DNA from: a virus | Lineage: Duplodnaviria; Caudoviricetes | Virus record (IMG/VR): IMGVR_UViG_3300012952_000090 | Coordinates: 1-28,618 of that record | Strand: one strand, 5' to 3' | DNA length: 28,618 nt | Part shown: piece after piece, positions 1 to 6,094 of the stretch | Position numbering within the stretch: position 1 is the stretch's first letter | Layout: each line of letters starts with the position of its first letter | Program-made: the position numbers and the translations under genes | Notes under the pieces: generated by a model | Database searches by the model: none | The model's input: the letters and a program-made list of their open reading frames with translations, nothing else | What the model was told of the DNA's origin: nothing

Positions 1-99
1 GATGAAAAAGTTCTAAAAATATTAAATTTGATTGATTCGATGCCCGAAAACAATAAACAAAAAAAATTAAGCCTAATCCTTCAAATATTAGACTCCTGA
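1..99 (+). CDS. 3' fragment of a gene, possibly the C-terminus of a repressor/HTH protein
   Basis: Frame 1 is open: DEKVLKILNLIDSMPENNKQKKLSLILQILDS, TGA at 97-99. Amphipathic helices; lies upstream of the XRE and integrase genes. Function is inferred from position only. Confidence 0.5.
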   Translation, partial: DEKVLKILNLIDSMPENNKQKKLSLILQILDS

Positions 100-199
100 T
101 TGGATCTATTACGCTCAACGCTTATAACCTCGCATAACCTCCCCCATCTTATGCGCCCCCCGACCAAATCATAAATCGTTAAGCGTAATACAGCCAACC
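98..199. other. Long imperfect hairpin, candidate structured RNA
   Basis: TATTACGCTCAACG (107-120) pairs with CGTTAAGCGTAATA (177-190) at 13/14 positions. Outer TTGG/CCAA extension. Inner stem CGCATAA (131-137)/TTATGCG (149-155) closes the loop CCTCCCCCATC. Confidence 0.6.
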
Positions 200-235
200 A
201 CTTATACCTATAAACCAAAATCTTAATCTACCGCC

Positions 236-261
236 TATCAAAAAACTCCCCTTTTTTGATA
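236..261. other. Perfect 10-bp hairpin with CTCCCC loop
   Basis: TATCAAAAAA-CTCCCC-TTTTTTGATA. Confidence 0.6.
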
Positions 262-273
262 ATCTAAATGACA

Positions 274-303
274 TTGAACAGGATATATTCTAAGTGGTAT
301 GAT
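274..303 (+). promoter_or_regulatory. Putative sigma70 promoter for the XRE-integrase operon
   Basis: TTGAAC (274-279), 18 bp spacer, TATGAT (298-303) preceded by a TGn extension. Confidence 0.45.
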
Positions 304-396
304 GTTGACCATTAAAGTCATCAAATTTTTAAAACTTTTTTATTTTAACGATATGATCTATAATGGCGGTTGAATTCAATGATTAGGAGTCAGGTC

Positions 397-690
397 ATGG
401 TATGGGGAGTGCTAGTAGACAGATTGCTTTACGAGGCAAATATAAATTATAGTGAGTTAGGCAGGCAGTTAGGTTGCGATAGAGCCTATATACACAAGAT
501 CATCAAAGGTCAAAAGAAGCCGCCTTCTTTAGAGAAGTTGAACAAGATATACTCAATAATTTCTAAAAAAATTGAAATTTCTTCTAATATGGAAATTGAC
601 TATTATAATACGGCTATGATCGAGAAATATGAAAAATCAGAGGCCATGGCTTTATTTCTTTACTGCAATAGTTTAAAATCGTCTGCGTGA
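397..690 (+). CDS. XRE/Cro-CI family helix-turn-helix regulator
   Basis: HTH pattern NYSELGRQLGCDRAYIHKIIKGQKKPPSLEKL. Start moved from the track's TTG 370 to ATG 397 because AGGAG sits at 385-389. The stop overlaps the integrase start (GTGA). Confidence 0.85.
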   Translation: MVWGVLVDRLLYEANINYSELGRQLGCDRAYIHKIIKGQKKPPSLEKLNKIYSIISKKIEISSNMEIDYYNTAMIEKYEKSEAMALFLYCNSLKSSA

Positions 691-2216
691 CAGTCGTTCT
701 TTATTGTAGGTATAGTAGTACCAAACAAAGTGAGGGCTTTAGTATATCCGCTCAACTGAGTGCCTGTCGCGAATATTGTCAAAAAAATAATTTAATTATT
801 CTTAAGGAATATGTCGATGAAGCCATTTCAGGCAGATCTTGTGATAGACCTCAATTTAATTTAATGCTCGAAGATTCTAAATCTAAAGAATTTACTCAAA
901 TTATAGTCCATAAATTTGATCGTTTTAGTCGTGACAGAACTGATAGCGTAGTAATAAAGTCACAACTTAAAAAAAATAATGTTGATGTCATATCCGTTTC
1001 CGAGCCGATCGACAACTCAAATGCTTATGGTGTGGTCATGGAGTCTCTATATGAGTCACTATCCCATGCCTATTCACAAAATCTCGCCAGAGAGTCGCTT
1101 AAAGGCATGATTGAGGCGGTTAAAGCGGGTTTTCATGTTGTCGGGAAGCCACCTTTTGGATACCAACTTAAAAAAGTTAAATATAAAAATAAAATGAGGT
1201 CAAAATTGATTATTAATGAAGAAGAGGGGAAGATCGTCAAATTGATTTATTGTAAGTATTTAAATGAAAACTTAGGCATTAAATGTATTACTAAATTTTT
1301 AAATGAAAATGGATATAGAACGCGATCAGGTACGTTTTTTTCGTCTTCGGGCGTATGTAAAATATTAAAATCCAAAACCTTAACAGGTACCATTGATTAT
1401 AATAAATCTGAAAAATTTGGATACCCACATATTCAAATCCCTAAAAATCATGCTCCCTTAATTTCTGAAGACGAATATCAGAAAGTGCAAAATATAATGA
1501 AGCAGCGATACACAACCAAAGTTAAATTAAAATCTGATTTTATCTTATCAGGGATCCTAAAATGTTCTTGTGGTAGCAGCATGTCTGGGATATCAGGGAC
1601 ATCGAAAAATGGGCAAAAACATCATTACTATTCTTGTATAAACAAAATTAAAAAAGGAATATGCAAACAAAGCAATATACGTAGGGACTGGTTAGATGAC
1701 TTAATTATTAATGCGTTCAGAACAGAAATTATAAATAAAAAAACAATTAGAACAATTACACAACAAACGGTTGAATCAATTTCAAATAAGAATAAAAAAA
1801 TTCATGATGAAATTAAACGATTAAAAAACCAATTTCAAACCATAAAAAATAAATACGACAAATTGTTAAATTTAGTTGAGACTCAAGACGATATTGATTA
1901 CAGTGACGTTGGCCCCAGAATCAAAGAGCATAAATTGGCTATGGATAATATTAATATTCAAATCCAAAACAAGAACATTGAAACGACTCAAAATACCTCA
2001 ATAAAACTAAATACAAATCAAATAAAAACTCAAGTAATCAGCCTAATTGACACCATAAATTTTAATAAAAAGACAATCAGAGACCATATCCGGCATATAA
2101 AGATCGAGCAAGATTATATGATAATTAATTGGTGTTTGCTCAATGAGTCGACTGGTAGCCCTTTCGATCCTATTAAAGAACATTTTACATTTTATTATCA
2201 ACTAAAAATTGCCTAA
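687..2216 (+). CDS. int: Large serine recombinase (integrase)
   Basis: Catalytic YCRYSS and DRFSR motifs, PPFGY-starting recombinase domain, zinc ribbon (KCSCG...YYSC...GIC) and coiled coil; 509 aa. Confidence 0.97.
   Translation: MTVVLYCRYSSTKQSEGFSISAQLSACREYCQKNNLIILKEYVDEAISGRSCDRPQFNLMLEDSKSKEFTQIIVHKFDRFSRDRTDSVVIKSQLKKNNVDVISVSEPIDNSNAYGVVMESLYESLSHAYSQNLARESLKGMIEAVKAGFHVVGKPPFGYQLKKVKYKNKMRSKLIINEEEGKIVKLIYCKYLNENLGIKCITKFLNENGYRTRSGTFFSSSGVCKILKSKTLTGTIDYNKSEKFGYPHIQIPKNHAPLISEDEYQKVQNIMKQRYTTKVKLKSDFILSGILKCSCGSSMSGISGTSKNGQKHHYYSCINKIKKGICKQSNIRRDWLDDLIINAFRTEIINKKTIRTITQQTVESISNKNKKIHDEIKRLKNQFQTIKNKYDKLLNLVETQDDIDYSDVGPRIKEHKLAMDNINIQIQNKNIETTQNTSIKLNTNQIKTQVISLIDTINFNKKTIRDHIRHIKIEQDYMIINWCLLNESTGSPFDPIKEHFTFYYQLKIA
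2133..2182. other. Candidate attP of the serine integrase, inside the int coding sequence
   Basis: 50-bp imperfect dyad centred on AG (2157-2158): TGTT...TCGA..GG-t-AG-c-CC..TCGA...AACA, with 13 of 24 flanking positions paired. The core TGGTAGCCC is the reverse complement of a tRNA-type 3' end, GGGCTACCA. Confidence 0.6.
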
Positions 2217-2220
2217 AAAA

Positions 2221-2229
2221 TGATATAAT
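2221..2229 (+). promoter_or_regulatory. Extended -10 element
   Basis: TGATATAAT (TGnTATAAT consensus) directly after the int stop. Confidence 0.35.
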
Positions 2230-2259
2230 AATAGGAGAGCTTATCTCGCTCATTATGCA

Positions 2260-2291
2260 GCAGCCTACCACCCCCCTTTGTGGTGGGCTGC
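2260..2291. terminator. GC-rich hairpin between convergent recombinase genes, probable terminator
   Basis: GCAGCCTACCAC / GTGGTGGGCTGC 12-bp stem (one G-U) with loop CCCCCTTT. U-tracts are weak. Confidence 0.65.
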
Positions 2292-2293
2292 CA

Positions 2294-2851
2294 TTACTTG
2301 GCCACGCAAGAAGATCGACTCATCCTATCAAATAATAATTTGTTTTGAGTCGTGGTAAATGACAAGTATTTTGTTGTACTACTAATATTACGATGCCCTA
2401 ATAAATTTTGAACGGCATAAATCGGAACGTCGGCATCAAGTAAGTGTACTGCGATACTATGTCGAAATGCATGAGGACTTAATAACCTGATTTTTGATTG
2501 AGCTGTATATTTTTTTGTTAATTTGAAAATTAAATCGCGGGACACCGCCATATCTTGTCTGCTAATAAATAAAGGCTCGTATGATAATGCATCTGGTCGT
2601 GTTTTGAGGTATTTTCGTAATATCCTCTCTCTGGTCGCGTCCAACCGTATCGTATTGTTAATGCCACCTTTTAGTCGGCTACATTGAATCGTGTGCGATT
2701 GGGTGCTATAGCTCTCCACTCTCAATAATTGAAGCTCACTAACCCTCAGCCCACAAAAATATAATATATTAAAAATGGCCTGATCCCGTACCGGCTGTAT
2801 TTTGAGGTGTTTAAAAAATTTTGTTAATTCATGTTTTTCAAAGTATTTCAT
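2294..2851 (-). CDS. Small tyrosine recombinase, catalytic domain only (FimB/FimE-like)
   Basis: GLRVSE, RLKGG, PHAFRHS, LLGHRNI and TTKY give the full R-K-H-R-H-Y set. 185 aa with no N-terminal arm- or core-binding domain. RLKxG and GHRNI resemble FimB/FimE. Confidence 0.92.
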   Translation of the reverse strand: MKYFEKHELTKFFKHLKIQPVRDQAIFNILYFCGLRVSELQLLRVESYSTQSHTIQCSRLKGGINNTIRLDATRERILRKYLKTRPDALSYEPLFISRQDMAVSRDLIFKLTKKYTAQSKIRLLSPHAFRHSIAVHLLDADVPIYAVQNLLGHRNISSTTKYLSFTTTQNKLLFDRMSRSSCVAK

Positions 2852-2898
2852 TTTTTTATTCCTTGTTTATTAAGTTATATATACTACAACATAATGAA

Positions 2899-2924
2899 TT
2901 ATACATTACAACTATAATGTATAA
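2899..2924. repeat. 10-6-10 palindrome, candidate tyrosine recombinase site or operator
   Basis: TTATACATTA-CAACTA-TAATGTATAA, about 50 bp upstream of the recombinase start. Confidence 0.7.
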
Positions 2925-2939
2925 CTAAGAATTTGGCAA
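2911..2939 (-). promoter_or_regulatory. Putative sigma70 promoter of the tyrosine recombinase
   Basis: Minus strand TTGCCA (2939-2934), 17 bp spacer, TATAGT (2916-2911); overlaps the palindrome. Confidence 0.6.
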
Positions 2940-3003
2940 ATATTTATTGAAAATGAACTCAAATGTTATTGTTTTTAAAATAAAATTAATATCTAAATAT
3001 AAG

Positions 3004-3017
3004 TTAGTTATACATTA
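3004..3017. repeat. Third copy of the palindrome arm
   Basis: TTAGTTATACATTA is the exact reverse complement of TAATGTATAACTAA (2915-2928). Confidence 0.7.
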
Positions 3018-3018
3018 C

Positions 3019-3408
3019 TTATCTTAAAACACTAAAAATTGATATATATTTAGAGATTAATTCTGGGTCAATAATTATTATTCTTGAATAGGCTAATATG
3101 AAAAGCGTCACAACTCCACTAAACGTATATTTATATATGATCATATCTTTTTCAATTTTTTTAACCCTTTTAGAAATTCGATCAATACCAATCCTATAGT
3201 TATCCTCAATAGCGATCAGTCTAATATTGGTTTCTTCTAAACGATCGTGAATATCTGAAACGGTTTTTAATTTCTCTGATATATTTAATTTTTTAAGTTC
3301 GTTCCACTCCGTAACACTTTTTTTCGCTTGGGGTACTACGACCTCATTCAGGATTGTTTCTAGACGCGCAACCTGTATAAGTAAGGCTTGTACCTCATTG
3401 ACACTCAT
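3019..3408 (-). CDS. Membrane-anchored coiled-coil protein, candidate holin
   Basis: Coiled-coil N-terminal part, hydrophobic segment YTFSGVVTLFILAYSRIIII; last gene of the lysis cassette. Confidence 0.45.
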   Translation of the reverse strand: MSVNEVQALLIQVARLETILNEVVVPQAKKSVTEWNELKKLNISEKLKTVSDIHDRLEETNIRLIAIEDNYRIGIDRISKRVKKIEKDMIIYKYTFSGVVTLFILAYSRIIIIDPELISKYISIFSVLR

Positions 3409-3889
3409 AACATTGACCTAAAAGAAACGCCTCACATTTCGCTATAAATCCTTTGGGAAATATGTTAGTAGTTCTAAGTCTGGAATTTTGACTAAGGTAT
3501 AAACTGAAATATAAATCGGTAAGCTCTGAACAATACCAACGATCCCTCGACTCACATTTTCCCAATCCCCAAAACCCAAAAATAGATGCCATATAATCAA
3601 AGCCTTTACCCACACAATTATTCAAATACATAATTAATTGTTTACCTTTAATCGAATTGGGATCAAATGGAAGCTTAATACTAAAGTAAGGCCTTTTATG
3701 GTGTTTTTGGGTAAGCGTGACACCAGAAAAACACCGACTTTGAAAAATGCCATAATCCGGAACTTCAATAGACACATGATCGATTTTTGAGTTGCTTTTT
3801 GCCCGAATTAAAAATGTAAACGGAAGCCATGTGCTTCTATATGCATGTACTAATATAAAGTCTTTTTTATTATCCGGCATCGTTGTCAA
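3395..3889 (-). CDS. Permuted papain-like (YiiX/YaeF-type NlpC/P60) enzyme
   Basis: His before Cys: KIDHVSI ... GKGFDY ... RWYCSEL. Confidence 0.8.
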   Translation of the reverse strand: MTTMPDNKKDFILVHAYRSTWLPFTFLIRAKSNSKIDHVSIEVPDYGIFQSRCFSGVTLTQKHHKRPYFSIKLPFDPNSIKGKQLIMYLNNCVGKGFDYMASIFGFWGLGKCESRDRWYCSELTDLYFSLYLSQNSRLRTTNIFPKGFIAKCEAFLLGQCYECQ

Positions 3890-4217
3890 TCTTCACCCAA
3901 TTTAATTGGGTTTCTAGTGTTTTTTCGTCCAAATCATAGACGATATGATTGCCCCCAAATTTTAAGTTAACTTTATTCGAGTTTTTATTAACAATAACGG
4001 TTTTTAACACACTTTTATTATCTGTATTTATGCGATTTATAGTTAATGTAATATCATCTGCAGCAGCAACCTCCGTAACTGCCTGCTTTGCGATTTCAAG
4101 CACATTTTTATTATTAATCACATAGCCTTTAATAATTTTTTTTAGTTGTTTGCTTACTGCAAATTTGATGAAAATCTTCATAATTTTTTTGCCTATTTTT
4201 AAAATTGATTTAAACAT
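3870..4217 (-). CDS. Hypothetical basic protein in the lysis cassette
   Basis: 115-aa ORF with AAGGAG RBS and an amphipathic lysine-rich N-terminus. Confidence 0.6.
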   Translation of the reverse strand: MFKSILKIGKKIMKIFIKFAVSKQLKKIIKGYVINNKNVLEIAKQAVTEVAAADDITLTINRINTDNKSVLKTVIVNKNSNKVNLKFGGNHIVYDLDEKTLETQLNWVKIDNDAG

Positions 4218-4228
4218 TTTTTTACTCC

Positions 4229-4681
4229 TTAATAAAATGGTCTAAAGCCATTTTGGTCCTTTATCAAAAACTCGTTCTTAAAACTTTTCCCGAAACTGGG
4301 CAAGTTTATGGATAGATGTATAAAGTTTTGATCCCAATAATATATACACTGCCTGATCGGTAATTTTTCATTAAAAATCCATTTGTACACCTCTAACATA
4401 TCCCTCTCACATAAAAAATCAATAGCACCTCCCGAGAAATGATCTGTGTTTGGACTACCCCCCACACTAAAATTAAGACACATCGACCGAACCCAAGACA
4501 GAGGTTTAACTGTGCCAAACCGTAAACGGATGCAATTAAGACAGGATTCGACCAATAATTTCGCATTTAATTTCTGCCGTATTGAAACCCGTATCGACTT
4601 TGCTATTAAGGGATAGTCCTTGCTGACGGTTAATTCGTCAATATAAAAATATGGGCTGTTTTCTGAAATTAAGTTTAAAAT
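4229..4681 (-). CDS. Endolysin, peptidase M15A-type zinc peptidase
   Basis: WVRS..LN..VGGSPNTDHFSGGAIDF and FIHLS motifs. The frame stays open upstream of the track's 4555 start through SPYFYIDELTVS to a TAG at 4697-4699. Likely ATT start at 4681 or 4684 behind a G8 run. Confidence 0.8.
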   Translation of the reverse strand: MLNLISENSPYFYIDELTVSKDYPLIAKSIRVSIRQKLNAKLLVESCLNCIRLRFGTVKPLSWVRSMCLNFSVGGSPNTDHFSGGAIDFLCERDMLEVYKWIFNEKLPIRQCIYYWDQNFIHLSINLPSFGKSFKNEFLIKDQNGFRPFY

Positions 4682-4707
4682 AATACCCCCCCCACACTAA
4701 AATTTAA

Positions 4708-6078
4708 TTAAGCCTCTAAGGCTTCTAATCTATTTTTTATAGCCTCAAGGTCAGTCTCTAAGGTTTGAACTCTATTCATTGATTCTTGAAGCGCACCAAT
4801 CGCCTTCATGTAAAGCACACTGTACTTCACACTTTTTGTTCCGTTGACTTCAGTTACAAGGCCATTCATACCTGCCTCTTCTAGCTCTTGAGCAATAACT
4901 CCAATTTGTTGAATCGCAACATAATCCTCCTCTTCAGTCTCAATTTCGACATCCGATTTAAATTTATATTTTCGTATTTTGAGTGCCAAAATATCGTCCC
5001 ATTGTGAGGAAGCATCAATAATATCTGTTTTGAGTTTAATATCTGATACAGAGCCGTAAGAATTATCTTTGTTGACGACATCACCGTCGCCATAAATCAT
5101 GAACAATGCGCTCCCATTCGCAAGAGTATTACCATAGTTAATGTCTTCGCAAATCATATGATAGGTATTTCTGTTTAACTTACAATAGTGCATACGAGAA
5201 TGGAATCCGACCTCAAGATTTCCGGTATAGAAGGCGTTATTGTAATACTGAAATCCAATGGCCGAGTTTGAGGTGTTCATAATAGAGCTGTTCATGATTA
5301 TACAATCCGAAATACCCGTCCCCGCGTTCTGGTTCTGAACGTTATGCCAAGCACCAATCATAGTCTGCCCCGCCGAAATAGAAGTGTCCTTTACGACAAA
5401 TCGAGTATTAGTAGCGGGGATACTCCCAATCCCCACATTGCCTGAAGCTCCATCAATTTTTAATTTAATACTAGGAGATGAGCCAGTGACAAAAGCAATA
5501 TCCCTGTTTAAATTTGATCTCGATTGAAGGACTAGCGTGCCAGCTGGAAAATCACCCGAAGAACCACTCCCACTAAAAATATAACAACCACTTTCTCCTG
5601 TGACGGCTGACGTTCTCCCATCCATATTGAAATTAAGATAAGTCCCTCCAGTGCCATTGGCCATAAAAGAAAAGCTATCCGACTGTGACTCGGCTGTACC
5701 TCCTATATGGACATTGCCTGAATCATCAATCCGTAACGCCTCACTCCCATTTGTTGCTATAGCGACTGTATCTGCCGCGGGAAAGAACATTCCTGTATTG
5801 ACATCATCATATTTTGAAAAGGCCGGCAAAGCGGCTGTAGTACCCGACCCAAATAATTGAGTCCCATCCGTTTTAGACAGCGCATACCAGTTGTTATTAT
5901 CTTCTGAGCGTATTTTCAAACAATTATTAGTTGTATCTAACCACCACATTCCACCCGTCGTCGTGGACGGTGAGCTTGCACCTAAATTATTTGAAAATAA
6001 AGCAGCTAAATTGTCATTAATATCGGCTCGAACGCTCGGAAATGTTGCATTAGCTATTGTCTGATCGGCTTGTGCCAT
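4708..6078 (-). CDS. Tail fibre / receptor-binding protein with C-terminal peptidase S74 chaperone
   Basis: RIDDSGNVHIG and SGNVGIG fibre repeats; VSDIKLKTDI cleavage motif, IGVIAQE, SVKYS and a terminal coiled coil; follows J. Confidence 0.9.
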   Translation of the reverse strand: MAQADQTIANATFPSVRADINDNLAALFSNNLGASSPSTTTGGMWWLDTTNNCLKIRSEDNNNWYALSKTDGTQLFGSGTTAALPAFSKYDDVNTGMFFPAADTVAIATNGSEALRIDDSGNVHIGGTAESQSDSFSFMANGTGGTYLNFNMDGRTSAVTGESGCYIFSGSGSSGDFPAGTLVLQSRSNLNRDIAFVTGSSPSIKLKIDGASGNVGIGSIPATNTRFVVKDTSISAGQTMIGAWHNVQNQNAGTGISDCIIMNSSIMNTSNSAIGFQYYNNAFYTGNLEVGFHSRMHYCKLNRNTYHMICEDINYGNTLANGSALFMIYGDGDVVNKDNSYGSVSDIKLKTDIIDASSQWDDILALKIRKYKFKSDVEIETEEEDYVAIQQIGVIAQELEEAGMNGLVTEVNGTKSVKYSVLYMKAIGALQESMNRVQTLETDLEAIKNRLEALEA

Positions 6079-6094
6079 TTATTGCCCCCATTTT

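Noticed and set aside
115-145. Minus-strand micro-ORF MRGYKR behind GGGGGAGG
   Set aside because: Six codons cannot be supported from sequence alone; covered by the structured-RNA finding.
307-321. TGAC-N7-GTCA as an XRE operator
   Set aside because: Arms are only 4 bp and I saw no second copy; chance-level without binding data.
2150-2175. tRNA gene suggested by TTCGATCC and the antisense ACCA end
   Set aside because: No cloverleaf, and the two motifs are on opposite strands; treated as att-site sequence instead.
2255-2335. 26-aa + strand ORF (MQQPTTPLCGG...) after AGGAGA
   Set aside because: RBS-to-ATG spacing is about 16 nt, and the ORF runs through the hairpin and antisense into the recombinase gene.
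2905-2933. Resemblance of ATAATGTATA to the chromosomal dif site and to loxP
   Set aside because: The XerD arm (TTATGTTAAAT) and the loxP arms are absent; the local 10-6-10 palindrome explains the sequence better.
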